Source: Psilocybe cubensis (Eukaryota). Taken from it: DNA of 64,000 nt. This document shows, one piece after another, positions 1-14,940 of this stretch (positions are counted from its first letter, which is position 1; each line of letters starts with the position of its first letter). Both the position numbers and the translations under genes were made by a program. The stretch spans positions 2,542,001 to 2,606,000 of the forward strand of contig CM039008.1 of assembly GCA_017499595.2 (NCBI GenBank), given 5' to 3'. Below the pieces are notes generated by a model. It was not told where the DNA came from and did not search any database. It saw only the letters and a program-made list of their open reading frames with translations.

Positions 1-1066
1 CAAACCGAAACCGAATAAGTATACCAACAAAGCTACAAAACCACGAAGTTGGTCCTTTCTCCTCGAGACAGCAGGTCGCATCAACTTGAGACGACTCTAG
101 TAAGAGTCCTCCAACGATGTCGTGACATTTCAATGGAATAAAAGGCAAAAATCTACACATACACCTCAGTATCACTTAGAAGTATATTTTATTTTAGATG
201 CTAAGGTTGATGGATTCGTTTTGATAGAGTCAGGGGTTACTACCCCACACCCACCTCCGGGGCGACAAACCATATTGCAAATGGGTATCCGTCAACTTCC
301 CACTTCTCTCCGCTATATACACAACCCACATACAGTAAAAGAATACCCTAAGGCTTAAGAAGTGGTTAGCATCTTATTCCGAATTTTATCGCCGATATTC
401 CAAATACCTTTAGCACCAACAGTATGTATGGCATCATCCACTGTCATCCGCGGTTCAATTGCCAAAAAAAGACCAGGGCGCTCCGGCGCTCATCGCAGAT
501 CAAACTCTCGAGTCCTCGACATCTAATTTCATCTAATGCATTTACAAAAGGTTGAAATAACGGAACCTAATGCGGTAACAAAATATGAATAAGAAATTAG
601 ACAAACCTTGAATACCATATTCATATAAGTTAACAGTAAAGATTACATCAGTCCGATCTATAGCAGGTATTTGACACGCGAGTCAGCGGCAAGATGAAGC
701 AAAAGAAATTTCTACACTATCGGCCAACCTTCCCAAAACCTCACATAATGTTACCCAACACAATACTGAAGTCGTTCTAGATGCTTGAGCACGTCCTTCC
801 ACTTATTCACGTATGTAAGAATGCAAAAACGAGACATTACGTTATTGGTATATGGGTAAGTGTGTATAGAGGTTGAACAGGGGGAGGTGGGCAAGGAAAT
901 AGAACTATATTACTCCGAAAGGTATAATTTACAACTGTATAGTCAAACAAAACATCTCCAATAAACGAACAACAACATCATGTGTGTGTATATGCGTAAA
1001 GCGTGGTGGGCGCATGGGCGTGAGTGCAGGTGGTAATAGTGTGAGTGCAGGGTGTTGGTAGTGTGT

Positions 1067-3560
1067 TTAATTGGTGAAAAGCATGCGGTATATCCGGACG
1101 TGCAAAGGAGCACGGGCGCGCTCAGCGCGGTATTCACGCATTTCCTCAACAGTTAGCCAACTCTTGCGACCAGTCTAAGATTAAAAAATTAGCGTCAACA
1201 ATCTAAATACAAAATCAGACGAATATAAACTCACGTCGAGGTCGATCTCGTGGGATCGTTGAGGAAGGGTACGCTTCCAGGCATATCCAACAACGTAGAA
1301 TAGAATCATGATAGGGAACGCCAGGTAGGCCGCTGGAAAGAAACGTTAGGAATATAGTTGTAAGTGTGCGCAGCGCGAAACTCACAGAAGAAGCCTTCGG
1401 CGACCGCTTTAGGATCAGGAGACATGCCACCGATGGGCCACAAAGCCTGAAACCATAATCGTGAGATTCACATCATGGATGCGCATCAAAATATGACTTA
1501 CAATATAGAACTGGGCAATGAGGACGATCACAATAAGGGTAACACCAAGCCAGGATCCGTACACGCCACCGAGAGCACGGTAGGGAAGTTCCTCAAGGGA
1601 ATGACCCTGTACAATCCATGCCTTTCGGAAGCGGATGCTTAAGAAAAAAAATGATAAGAAACCATCTTTGAAAGAAAAGACAGAAATACGAACTGGCACA
1701 AGCAGATTGACAACCAACTGAAAAGGGTGGAAAGACCAGAAAGGGCGAGAAGCCAATTGACTATGAGCAAGTTAGGATATCAATTGACAGAGTCAGAAAA
1801 AGAACACGCACAAACAACGTCTCCAGCACCGTCAGAGGCACAGTTGGCGTAGGCAACGGGACCAAAAGCCAGGATGGCAAGGACGGAGAAAAGGGGTCGA
1901 CTGGACTTGTCAACTGGGTAGGATTTAAGTCACAAATGCGGTTGACATTCAAAAGAGATCAACACACCATAGGTGAAAATCTTAGGAGCGTAACCCGTCT
2001 CAGCAAGAGCAGTGAGAGTACGAGAGCCCGCATAGACGCAAGCAAGACCGATAGAGAGAACGGAAATACAGATGGTAACGTTGACCAAATGATTCAAGCC
2101 TTTGATTTTAGCCTTGTCGAGAGCAATGACGAAAGGAGAGGCGTCAGCACCACTTCCACCAAGGAGACGATTATCGGTGTAAGGAATCAGGAGACCAATG
2201 ATGGTTAACGACGTAATATAGATCAGAGTCTTGAGAGGAATAATTAAACAGTGAAAATTGCCTGAAAATGTATGAATACGCACGATACGCCAGAATGTGC
2301 CCTTGACAGCAGCAGGCATGGTAGCACGAGGGTTGGGGGTCTCGGAAGCGGCAAGGCCAACGAGTTCAGTTCCAGCTACAAATATAATAGAATTAATAAT
2401 GGCAGACAATTGTATCGAAACAAAAGGCACGCACCGAAAGAGAAGGCAGCGGTGACGAACACGGCGCATACACCTTTGAATCCGTTTGCAAAGGCTCCAG
2501 GGTCCGACCAATGAAGTCCACCAAGATAACTGGCGTAGTCACCGTTACTGGGTCCTCCACCAGCAATACAAACACTAATATATATGTTAGAACATATTTC
2601 CCCAAGGACGTCGGAAAAGAAAGCGCAGAGCATACATTCCAATGAAAATAAACATGACGACCACAAAGAGCTTGAGGACGGATGACCAGAATTCTTCTTC
2701 AGCATACCCAAGAGTTCCGAATACGCAAACGATAACTGAAACCAAATTTAATAGATGAAATAAAACAACGTTGGAGGGGACTCACTAATCGCAATAAAGA
2801 ATATCGTGATCCAACCAGCGAGTGGCATAATATCCTTCCCCCAGTATTGGACTGTGGTGCCAGCTACCGTAATCTCTAGCGGAAGCACGACCGCCCATTG
2901 AAAGACATAATTCCAACCCATAGCAAAAGCAAATGAAGGATCGAGGAATCGCACAGCCAATGTATAGAAACCACCAGAAACAGGGTATAGAATCGACATT
3001 TCACCAATAGCCTGAAAGTAATGGTTCATAGAGAGTTCGTGCGCTCGAAAGAAATGCTTACCTGAGTGACGTTGATCAGCATGACACCAATAATCGCCCA
3101 AGCGATAAGAATTCCAGCTGGTCCACCATTGCGAAGAGCACTTCCAGAACCAACGAAGAGACCTGTACCGATACTGCCACCTGTACGAGACGTCAATTGA
3201 GGAATGGTAAAATTGTATTCAAACTCTCTCACCAACAGCAATCATCTGAAGATGCCTTGGCTTCATCTTCTGCTGCAGCATTGGCGAGTCCGCCATGATC
3301 TGCTCGATATCGCCAACATTATTTCCACCAGCAATAACTTGTCCACTGGAAATAAAAATAGGAACGTTTAAGGTATGCGAAATTTAGAAGAAATGAATTG
3401 CTTACCCGGTAGTTCCTGGGGCACGCTTGAAACTCTCGAGGTTAACACCCAGGCGCGTCCAGATGCTCTCCTTCGAGGGATCGTAAAATTCGTACTTCGC
3501 ACCAGGACCTGATGCCGCACTGGACGAATCCACGTCTTTCTCGTTCTTCACGACAGACAT
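1067..3560 (-). CDS. Amino acid permease (APC superfamily, fungal YAT/Gap1-like), multi-exon
   Basis: Exons give MSVVKNEKD...[59 protein letters not shown] and SRTLTALAE, typical of the family. ATG at 3560; last exon ends RIYRMLFTN*. Confidence 0.93.
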
Positions 3561-6500
3561 CACCGAGGAGGGAGCTGGAGTTGCGAGGAGTGGTTTGCAA
3601 AATTGGTGGCTGCAGATATTTATTCAGTCGGTTAAACCCATGCTGGTGAATAAATTGATCAAGGTGTTCATAGTTGCTCCATGTGAAGCGATAAGAAAAT
3701 GTGTTGAAGGCCAAGCATCTAGCACCCAAAAAAACCTGGGCATCTTGGGGTCGCAAGGATCGTTAACAGATCTGGAACGAGAAATCTTTCGAGCCGTCGA
3801 AGATGGAGATCTGTGTCCCGAAAGTGAGGCACGCGACCGCCTGGAACTCTCTCCTGGTTATCTCACTTGCATGTCAATTTTTCGCTGAAACAACGAGCCA
3901 CGTATTTGCGCGTATAGGCCACAGCCTTTACAGCTTATATTCGCTCCAGTCCGAGCTTTGTATGAATAATCGCATGATTTCCAGCATCGTTGTGTCTTTT
4001 GGACCGGTATCAGCTGGTCAATGAAATCGAAGTCGTTCCGTTGGTGTAACCTTAAGCCATCCTGAGCCGCATGGTCAAATTACACCCTTCCGCTCCCTGC
4101 CGTCATTATGAGAATGTGGGGTTTCGGCGCCTCAGTGTAAGTCTTTTGACATCGAAACTTTCATCGTCTCCACTAACTTGAGGCACTTCCATAAGCCGAC
4201 CAACGCTTGCCCACAACCATAACTAAACTGCCATCTGCGATATGATCCTTGTATTTGTTGCAGTATCAGTAATCCAACATAGTCGAGAAACGAGCGTAAT
4301 TGGAACTTGGAGAGCCGGTGTAATGAAGCGAATTTGATTGTCGAAACGTTGTCGGGGGTTGTCGGTGCTTTTCGTCCGTTTGTGCTTGTAACACCGATAA
4401 GTCCAAATAGAGACACACTTGGCAAAACTTGGCAACACTGCGACCACGCGCTACTGTGGGTTACTATGAAGCTGTGGTACTATGGGTACCCGTTGTTCGG
4501 TTTGGAAGGTCAGTCGGTTTGATGGTAGCTTAGTAATGATGATCAGCAGAAATTATAGCTCCGCTATTTGAAGTCACTGAACAGTACTATATCATCGAAA
4601 AGTTGTCCAAAAGCTCACTTGAAGGCAGAAATCACTGAGATATTGTCATTTTTTTAAAATTCATGTTTCAGGCAATCTGTGTCTTTTGAAACATTGGATA
4701 ACGGTCTCCGGGTCATCATCCTAGTAAGTACATTTCAAGATAATCAATTTGAATCAAAAACTCGAAGAAAATAGGACATCTTGCCTGCGTAAACCTTAAC
4801 AAGGCATAGTATCGTTCAACTGCAAGGGTCTCTGACCAGAGTTATACGAATTGTCACAATCCCTTCCGACAATGTGTCAAAACACCGGATTCTTCTCTAA
4901 TTTAAATTTACCGCTGACTCCAATTGTATTATTATATTGTTTTTCAGGTTAACGCGGCTGATGATTAGTACTGATTTCTCGGAGAATGTGAGTCGCGGTA
5001 AAGACTTCAATTGTACCTGAGCAGACCGATCAGCATTGCCTCGGGGGTAGGGTTCAGCTAAACTGATGATGATTTACACGCTAGGAAACTTTAGTTGATA
5101 AGAACAGTAAGAAATCTGCTAAAACACATGGGAAGCTTCAGATGAACAGACCACGCGTCTACATTAACAATATGCTGAGATAGAGGGTCGATCAATACGG
5201 ATGCACCAACGCCCAGGGTTTGAAAAGGATGAATGCACGAGGTGCAGCTTTCTGGAGACAGTACATCACAGTTCAAAGGCCAATACATGTGTATGAGCTT
5301 GAAGGCCAGGCTGCTGGTGCTATACCTCAGCTTCGAGTAGTTTAATATCATATCCTCATATCCGGATTCGATGAGCTGGCGGAGTGAGTTGCAGAACACA
5401 CCATTTGTTTGATACCGATAGATTCCACCCCGATCCTATCCTTGGGTTTTCAGAACACCGCAGCTTGCCGGCGCCTCTACGCGATTCTTATCATAAACGC
5501 ATGAATCACCTGCATTATGGAGATTTCTGCAGCCTTTTATTTAATATCTTTTCATTATATTTTATCTTGCTCCTCGACTCTCAATGGATTGGAAGAAGCT
5601 TCGGAAGCCCACGGGCGCCTCCATGCGTGCCTTTTACTCCCCCCTCAACTTAATTATAGCTCTTTCGTCACCGGCGCTTGCGGTCATACCCTTATACTGC
5701 AGGTTAGGATTTGAGCCTTTTAGGTCTGTTTTAAGCATTTGGATCTGGGGAAATACTAAAAGAGGCCATACGATGCCCAGAACTGATTGTGATCGGACCC
5801 CGCATGATACGGATGTTACTAAATGGGAGTTCCAAGGCGGCTACGACAATGCACACGACAACAGTAGTCTTCACTAAATAGCGCTCCAGTCTTGCTCCAG
5901 TCAAAAACTCACCATCGTTATTCGTGCGGGCGCTATAAATGCCGATTATACGTGGGACAGTGAAAATGTGGGTCGTTCTCTACGCCATGCACAAGATCGC
6001 CCGACACAAGTCAGACGACTACGTGAACCTTCAGTTGGGCAAGTGGTTTGTCCAGGGCAGTGGCTGGCAGTGGCGTCGAAGAACTTTGAGGAAGGTGTGA
6101 TGTAACAGATAATAATCAAAGTATCCAAATGGGCGCCGGGATTGCCGCCATTATGCGCAAGCTCCATCATACCCGCGCCGATTATAAAATCAAATGGATA
6201 GCGCACTGTGTGTAGCCTCGCGTCAAACGGTGAGGTGAGATAGCCTCAGATAGTCGAGTTCCTCGATAGAGATAAACGATGTCGCCTATGCTCAGCTTAG
6301 AGCTGAAAAAGCTTTGGCCACGGCACCGCTCGCCCCCGTTGATGCGCCTGATGGATACCACGAAACCAGAAATGAAACGCGCCATGAGTTTAGAGCCCAA
6401 GCATAACTTGCGATAGAGCTTGATTGAGATACAAGGTACCATCGTTGAAAAGACGGAAAGATAAGGTAACAAGCAACCATCTATGTGCCTAATAAATAAG

Positions 6501-6773
6501 ATAACTAAATACCATCCAACAAGATACAGATATGAATCAATGACACTTCGTCGATTTGCAGTCAGACGGAACTAAAAGAAAACATACAGATGACGTCCAT
6601 TCAAAAGTAACAGGCTCTAGGCCAATCCAACGTATCAAGGGAAGGAAAACAGATTTGTGAACATCTCGTCCAATCTGTAACCACTTGAAGCATCAAACAT
6701 GCATAACAGATCAAACAGAAAAAAACACATGTACGAAATGCAAACGAAGAGTCACCACCTCAAAGTGTTATCT

Positions 6774-9700
6774 TTATCGCAATGAGGAACCTCCCTCTAG
6801 ATCGGTAGTAAATCGACCATCTCCATATCCACCAGCTTTTCCACCAAGCCCAGCGGGAAGCGAGGTGCCCTGACCGGGTGCATTGCTTGGGAAGTCGCCT
6901 CGAATGGGGCTGCTGGGATTACTGCTGTTCACATACGCACTGATGTAATCGTAGTCATCCTCAACATCGGCTTGCGTACGTCCTACAGGCTGTGGGTTCG
7001 CCCCCGTTGTTGGAGGAGGCGCAACAGCAGTAGCGCCGCTCAGAGAAGGCCCACGCTCACCCTGATCCCTCAGAGGATATGGCGAGCTCGGTAAGCTCTT
7101 CTTGACATAGTCTCCAGTGTCCGTGCTTGCGTTACGCGGTCTCTTGAACGCCGCAGCCGAGATCGTCCGCGGACCAGACGCCGACGGGCCCGTCCCAGAA
7201 GGCGAAGACGCCGCGCCTGCTGCGGCATTTAACGAGCTCGTTGACCTCGTGAATGACGACGTACTGACTCCAAGTGCACGCGGATACTCTGGCGGCGTGC
7301 GATATGGCGTCGTGGCCTCCGAATTAGGGTCTTTCCGCACGGTGTCAAACTGCTGTTGTCCTGGCAGGCTTATCCCCGCCGGCGGAATCTGGGAGGAACC
7401 ACCGACCTGAAATCGAGGCGGAAGCTGGTGCGTCGTGCCAGGCGAACCTGGTGTTGACTGGAAGCGCGGTGGTACTTGGTTATCGGAGGAGCGGTTGAGT
7501 GCCTGGAATCTAGGAGGAAGGGAAGAATTTGCATGAAGGTTATCTGTAGAAGTTGGTTGGGAGTAAGCTGATGATGCTTGGTATGGTTGTGCGTAGGCCT
7601 GGGCCGGAGAATTCAACGATGGTGAGCCATATGGACTTCCCTGGTCTTGGTACGATTGTGCGTACGACTGTGCAGCAGATAGTGGTCCTCCGTAAGGTGT
7701 GGGTGCTGGTGCATTCGCGTTGAGCTCAGCGTATGGATGTGGTGATACTGCGCGGCCTGCGAATGGTGCTTTTGGAGGGGCAAGGGGGGAACGATCTCGC
7801 TCAATGCTTGTCTTCTCATTAAATCCTTGAGATGCTGGTGGTGATCGGCCACGTTCTACGATAGAATCTGTTTCGGATTGCTGGTTCATGTTAGAAAGGT
7901 TGGTTTGGCTGTTTAGACTTTCCATTTCTCGAGCGACGTCCCGGGCAGCAGCGGCATTGAGAGCCTTTTCGTCATCGTCTGAGACGTAAGGGGGGGCAGG
8001 AATGCGATAACTGGGTGGCTTGTTAGTCGGAGAGGTGCTTTCACCGTTTCCAGTGTCAGACTCTGGAAAAGAATGATAGACACTGAGTTCATGTTAAGCA
8101 CTAGACATCTGATACACGTACTATTATTACCCTCAGTCGTATATGAATCCTGTTGTGTGGGGATGGGAATTGGCTCTGGCTCTGCAACCCCTATCTGGGC
8201 CTGCCGTTCCTTTTCCAACGACTTTTTCTTCTCCATCTCCTGCACAACATCTTGGACCTCTCCGAACCTCACGTGCCTACTGATGCGCTGCTGCTCCGTT
8301 TCTTCGTGGTTATGCGCAACGAGAGTGTTGTTGTCATGTGTCGACACATTCGTCGTGCCATCTTCTGTCTGCAAATCATCCGACGCCGATGGTGTCATCA
8401 TATACGCCAGCAACGCGTCGTCATTGGCCGAAAAGCCACGATTATGGCCGGGTGCCTGCATCGTGTCTTCGCGCCACGAGTTTGTAAGGTTGGGAGGGGC
8501 CGCGCCTGGTGGCGGCGGTGGGGGGTGAGAGGAAGCAGCAGGACTGGCAGGAGGGAGCATGCTGGGAGCCGGAGGTGGCGGGCTAAACTCGAAAGATGCA
8601 GCACCAGGGCTTGACCAGGGCGGCTGGCCTGTGGCATTTCTACCGCCAAATGATGACTGGTTCTCTGGAACCATTTTCCCATCCAATGCTTCGGCGACCG
8701 AGGCAGAGAAGGACGTGTCTTGGCCATGTTGTCGAGGAGGATCCTGGAGTGAATACCCGCCAGTAGAACCAGGAGCACGGGTCTTGACTGGGAAGGTTGC
8801 GAATCTACCACCTACTGCGTTCGACGTGTCCATCAACCCAGCCGTGCGCGTGTTCATGCCGAAATCATCAGTGATTTGAGGAGGTCTGTCAGCAAACTCG
8901 GACTGGATTTCAGGAAGCATAGGCGGCGACTGGAACCCGGAACCGCCGGAAAGCTGTTGTCGATGTTGAGGGGCATACGGCTGATCAGTGAAGGATTGCC
9001 CAATGACACCAATGGGCGATGCAGGCGTCTCGTTTCCAAATGCTCGTTGCGAATTGCCCAAGTAGTCAGATGTAGTTGGTTGCAGTGGCTGCGGTTTAGT
9101 TTCCCAGCCAGCCGTTGGGCTGCTAGGCTGAGGGGGCAAATCTTGTTGTTGTTGTTGCTCGTAGTGTCGACGATCGCGGGCGCCGACTGAGGGGACGGTT
9201 GATAGTACGACTTCATTGATGCATCGTCCGGCTTCTGCAACAAGATTTTCCGTCTTACTCTGCCCGTAATACAGGCTTCGGGGAAGTCCCGGCTGGGTGA
9301 TCTCCTCAGATATTTCCTGCAAATCGTAGGTTCAGGAGTTGACCATTAATGAAAGGCACACGACATACTGAGATGATCATTTTACCAAATTCTGCGGCAA
9401 TCTGAGGTTAATTAGGAGTGTTATTCAAGACTGACATAATTGAGTCACTCACTGTTCCCTTCTCGCAACACTCTAGTAAGCCTCCGAACTTAAGTCCCAT
9501 CCAGCCCCTCGTTGCAGAGCGCTTGAAGTCGCCGAGCGCAGCTTCCTCGGTCATAATATCCGAATCCATCGTCCGTATCTCGTCTCTTAGTCGGTTCAGC
9601 AAGTCGGTCTGCATCGCAAGGTTCTTGTGCTCTGGGCTCATCTTACTCAGTTTCTTCTCCGCGTCTTCGGCCTTGCGAACTACCGTGCGTCTCCTCTGTT

Positions 9701-10134
9701 TCAAGTCTGCCAGAGACTCTTCTCTTGTCCGGATCGCTTTGAGCTGGTCTCGCATGGAATGGCCGTGAGTCGCATATTGAGATAGTGCAGCGGAGAAGTG
9801 GTTTAGGATTGTCGTGGATGCACTCAGAATGTCCTGAATGCACATCGACGTTGACAGCGAGCGAGACATGAATGTGATAGGGACTCACACCGAGGTCATC
9901 ACCCTCATTCAGCCCCCATGTCCGTAGCGCCTCTGAGGCCTTGGAATAGTCCACGCTGAGCTTTTGCAGCCTATCTGACGTCAGACTTTATTCGAACTCC
10001 TGAGCTTCCACGTACGATATTAACACTGCTTTCTCAGCGGTGATGAGGTCCTGCAGTGGTCTCAGGTCCTGATTGCCTCCCAGGGCTGGGATCGTTGAAT
10101 TGTGCGCGATTTTTGTTGCCGCTGTCCTAAACAT
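6774..10134 (-). CDS. Pil1/Lsp1-family (eisosome) BAR-domain protein with a long Pro/Ser/Gln-rich disordered C-terminus
   Basis: N-terminus MFRTAATKIAHNSTIP...LQDLITAEKAVL...WGLNEGDDLGDIL...LKAIRTREESL...EEAALGDFKR resembles the Pil1 domain. GT-AG introns join ORFs 9408-9869, 7913-9322 and 6774-7925. Confidence 0.8.
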
Positions 10135-11364
10135 GGTGGTCAGGGTAAGATGTGGAGTTTGGAGTTAAGAGTATTTGGCTCCGTTTTCATTATGCGGCTG
10201 ATCTCGCCAATTTCCTATTTTACAAGACCCAACATCCTTGATGCTGTCTACTAACGCCGCTACCCAGTAATCCGACGATGAGATTTGTTGTACTACATGT
10301 CAACCAAATACACCAGTACGTTCTAACATGGTGTCTTGTATACGCTACTAAATGGATCCAAAAGCCTCGAGCACCCTAAAACACGAAGCAGCGAACATTA
10401 CATGGAACCTAAATTCTGCCGGAGCTGTCAACAAAATCCTCAAAGATAGTTAGCTATCAGGACCCTGGAAGTGCCTTTCAGATCATGTACACCTTCGAGC
10501 AGAATGCTAGCCCTTCAATCCCGATATTGTCCACTTGGATACGGTCCTTTTTAATTCCCAGGCCGTGGGCCGTGGCTGGACCTGGTGACGCGATTGACAT
10601 GAAGATCGTTGATAAAACATCGTTAAGCTATTCTATCCTATGCGTCTCCCTAATTGAAGCTTTGGAAAATACCTACCCACATGAACGGTCAACCCAATAT
10701 TTGCCGTTGCGGTAGATACTCGGAAATTTTGTCTCCCGTTCCGGCCACCGTGGTGTAGGACACTTCAGAGAACCGATTGGGGTGAGCACCCTATACAAAC
10801 TCTATGATCTCCGCCCTTATTACAGCATTTGCTGCTCCAAATAGCTTCCTTTCGTCGTGCAACCAAACGGTTCACTCTTGTCACCTTCGGAGCGATCACC
10901 AAATGTCTGGCCCAGATTGCCCCCCGAGAAATTTTTGGTATGGATGTTCATGCAGTAGTTCAATCCTGCCCGTATACATTTGCCATGACATGGAAATGGA
11001 AACATCTGTAATAGGCCTTTGCTTCCATCACTCTCGAAATACTGACACCAGTCATTTGCCTCTGTATCGATCAAACTTCAAACACGATTATACTGGGACT
11101 GTTTTTCTGTCTTTGGGGCACAGCATACTACACCAATGAATTGACGGGCTCCAGAAGGTGTATGTGTGGATCTCATTATATTCATTAACTTCTCTTATCA
11201 TCGTTCAATCCTTGTTAGTACCCTGATTCTAGATTTGATTCATCAAAGTCATGGCATCGTCTTCAATATCAACATGTCGAGCTTTCAGCCAGCTATTATA
11301 AAGTGTCGCTTTTTACTGTCAATTCTCCAGTAGCTCTTTGGTTTCCTTCTCAAAAAACATCGAT

Positions 11365-12422
11365 ATGGCGTCAACATCCAGCTTCACAAAACCTTCTCAA
11401 ATAAAAAAAGGCTCGACCCCGAAAGCGCCTCAAACTCCCTCCATCCATATTGCCACAGATCTTCCATGTCCCGCCGACAAAGACACTGGCCCTATGCCTC
11501 GCCCCTCTTACTCCGTTAGCGATATCTGCCGCGTTCAGAACATCCTCCTGCACTTCGTACCGGTCGAGCTGGCAGATGTCATCATTGACCTAGCCGAGTA
11601 TTGGCCTTGGGTTGCAGTTTCCCGAAACTCTTTTAACTCAGCTTATTCTGCGTTGGAGGCCCCCGACAACAATGCGCAATGGTGTTTTTTGGTCACTCCA
11701 AAAGTACCCTCTATTGAGCGTGCCGGTGTTAGCGTGCCTACTATGGTAAAAATGGTTAAATTCTTCATCAAGTCTTACGAATCTTGCTATGAAAAAACCA
11801 AGGAATCTAGAGCAGGTAAACAGTCATTGCTTGTATTTCCAGATGAAGTCTGAAGATAGAACAGCATCAGACGTCACAAGCAGCTATACAACTTGGTTTG
11901 AGTCCATGATCCTTCGACATGGGGAATCCATACCAACGTACGAGAGCCCCATACGTCCAAACAACTGGTTCTCCGGCCTTGCTGCTCCTCACCCAAAATA
12001 TCTTAATGACTTCCAAGAGTGTGAGCTTGCTGGTGCGCCAATAGCTAATCCTATGGATGACCAAAAACGATGGCACGTCGCAACGAGTTCTCCGTCGGCA
12101 AATCCTGGCTCAACCGGAGACAATTCACAAGGATGGCATGAGGTCACTTGGAAATACAACGACCCAGTGCCAACCGAAGCTGTTATTGAAAGCAGCAACC
12201 CAACCGCTCGAGCTTCGACAGGTGCGGGGTTTGTTAATTCCCTCTCCGTTGGCGACCAAATAGTGCTGATGGCCAGAGCATTGGTAAGTGGCATTTTCAA
12301 CACTCGCTGGGGGTCTTTACGCTGAACTGACTCTTATTAATGAAAAGTCCCCTGGTTGGATTAATACTGTCTTCAACGTGAAGGTTGAAGTTTATTACGC
12401 TTTTTCATCCTCTTATTTTTGA
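11365..12422 (+). CDS. Conserved fungal hypothetical protein with an F-box-like N-terminal motif, 3 exons
   Basis: ORFs 11338-11853 and 11789-12325 are joined by an intron; motifs VPVELADVIIDLAEYWP and GFVNSLSVGDQIVLMARAL|VPGWINTVFNVKVEVYY; TGA at 12420-12422. Confidence 0.7.
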
Positions 12423-12951
12423 ATAAGTTATGGCCTTGGATTTTTGTCTGACTAGTATGAGACTGTGCATGAATTTTTTAGACTACCTTTTTTCCAGACA
12501 GCTGATTACACGTAGAACTTAGAACTAAAAGCATAGACTACGTAGAAGTCGATATTTTCGGATATATCATGGGAAAATTGTGTTTATTTTTAGAACACTT
12601 TTGTTCGGCTGGTAGCTGAACAAAAAATTATGGGTCAGTCCAAACTTCGAGGGTGGCATGAACCAAATATTTTCGTCGAGAAAAGCGGCTTAAATATCAG
12701 CGTAACGTCAAATATATTGTCTTACAAAGGGATTCATCCCCCGGTCCCCTGCTCCCCTGGCGATATAAATACCAATCGTATGATGTACTAGATCCTAAAA
12801 ACATGCAGAAGAGGCCACGATGAAGACGGTGAGGTAGTCATATTATACAATTACATTTCCAATACCGTTGATGTTACAGTGCGTCATTGCAAGAGTTATG
12901 GTTTCAATTCTCGGGAATCCGGATCGAAAGATATTGAATGGAAATGAAGGC

Positions 12952-14201
12952 TCACACAGGGCTGTAGATTGGTGGAAGCTCTACACCACCTGCCAAGGCG
13001 TCCTCTGGCTGTATATTAATCGCACGCACCCCGCTGTCGATGTGCTGAACAGGCTGGGACAACAGCTCGGCCGATGATACTGTGCTGGGAGGGGTGGTAG
13101 CTTGGGGAATGATGATATTAATGACCCCTGGATTGTGCCTGGCCACAGCACTTTGAATAGTTTCTTGAATAGTAGACAACCGTCTGTTCTCTTCATGCGA
13201 CAGTGGTAACGAGCTGTTGGTGGAGTTTGCTACAGCAGTCAGTGGCCCCGAAGTAGAATGGGTTGGAACCTGAGTCTGATGGAGAGCCATCAATTTTCGT
13301 GAATGTAATGTATTTGGGGATGTGCTCGCGACACTTTCCGATGGTGAAGTAGGGGATGAATTTTCCACGGTCCGCGTAGGCGTAAATGGAAATGGGGTAA
13401 ACCTTTGTTTACCTGACGTAGAGTAGACTAAAGGTAACAAAAGGTCTGGTGTCAGGAAAGATGGTTCTCGTAGTAGAGTAGCAGGAGAAACATACAGGAT
13501 GGTGACTCTGCATCAATAGGTTCAATACTCCGGGGAAAAGGAAGAGGTTTTTGCGAGGCTCGTTTTTTCCTTCCACGAAAAATGATGAAATGAAGTACCA
13601 CAAGAGTAAGCACGACACCTCCAACAACTCCCCCTACAATTGCCCCAATACGATGTTTGTGGGAAGATGCAGAAGGCGAACGAATTGTCGGATCAGTTAC
13701 TCGAAAGTAGTCAAACCAAATAGTCCCTTCCCCAGGACCTGCATTGGTGTTCACCTTCACCATGGTAACCTGCAAATGACTGAAAAAATGAGCTTCAACG
13801 CTCAAAGGCGTAATGAATATTCAGGCGTACTGCTGTCCTACATTCAAGGTAGGTGACTTCCAGAATTGCTGATTAGGTGTATCACCCTGACCAGCTTGAG
13901 ATGACATTTGCTCGGGAGGTGCCCCGTCAACCGAGTAATTCGAAAGAACACCGCTCGACGTTATGTCGATTGTGCCATAAACAGTAATTGACGTTCCTTG
14001 TATGGAGTCGCATGATTTAACCAGCTAATCGGCGAATAGATTCATTTAAAGCTCACCAAAGAAATCCACAGAAAAAGAATCCCCCACAACCGTAGAACTA
14101 GCGACCGTCTCATCGTGCTCTATCGTGGAGCCACCTTTAATCCATGTTCCATTATAGTGAACATGAGATAGATCCTGGTCGTCAATAATAGTTTCGGTCA
14201 T
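12952..14201 (-). CDS. Single-pass membrane protein: N-terminal 'IIDD' beta-sandwich (galactose-binding-like) domain, TM helix, PPxY tail (paralog A1)
   Basis: MTETIIDDQDLSHVHYNGTW...IWFDYFRV; TM IGAIVGGVVGGVVLTLVVLHFIIF followed by RGRKKR; tail QHIDSGVR...ELPPIYSPV*; 4 exons. Confidence 0.8.
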
Positions 14202-14940
14202 GAAATTAGCGGGAAAAAAATAGGGAAGGGAAGGGAGTTTCGTCAGGTGTAGATGTCCATTGTGGACTAGTATATATAACCTCAAGAACCTTACGTTGGA
14301 ATCGCAACTCCACCGTCAGAATGCAGTGCTTTATGATAACGATCGAAGAAAATGGTTGTTCCTAGGGTTTATTCTTCCGGACTTCAACGCAAATCAACAT
14401 TATAAGGCGATACCGGTATGTTCAACTTACATCAGTCCCGATGCTTCGTCGGCTTGCAGTACGCGACTTATTAATCTTAGGATTATTGGTATTAGTATTC
14501 ACCCACTTGCATTGTCTTGCAACAAGGCCTTAAGGTACATGCACCGAATGATAGTCGTGCTCATGCACTTGATTGCTATCGACCTTAGAAGGAAAGGATG
14601 GGTGGTACATTAACGGGAGGTCGAACAGATGCCGGTACTGGCGGGCACTTTTAGAGTCAGTGATAGTTAATCAGCGAGATCAACAGGTGGACTCGAGGTT
14701 TATATATAGAAACTATTTCAAGTCAGTTACCTTGCTTCGATCTAACATCATGTAGTTGATATTCCAGGATGATTACTGTAAAGTGGATGTCTAAGTACGG
14801 GTATATATCAATATTGAGTGATTCCAAATTGTCAAATTCATGGAAGGAGGATCCTGAGAATCAAGACGGTATTCCCGACCGCAGATAAAATGTCACCAGC
14901 CGCCGACGCCACATAGATGATATTGAGATATCAGATACAG

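Noticed and set aside
4536-4638. Possible box C/D snoRNA (ATGATGA...CTGA)
   Set aside because: No terminal stem or recognisable rRNA-complementary guide; such short boxes occur by chance.
7117-9243. Many overlapping antisense and alternate-frame ORFs
   Set aside because: Shadow ORFs of the GC-rich, low-complexity exons of the Pil1-like gene.
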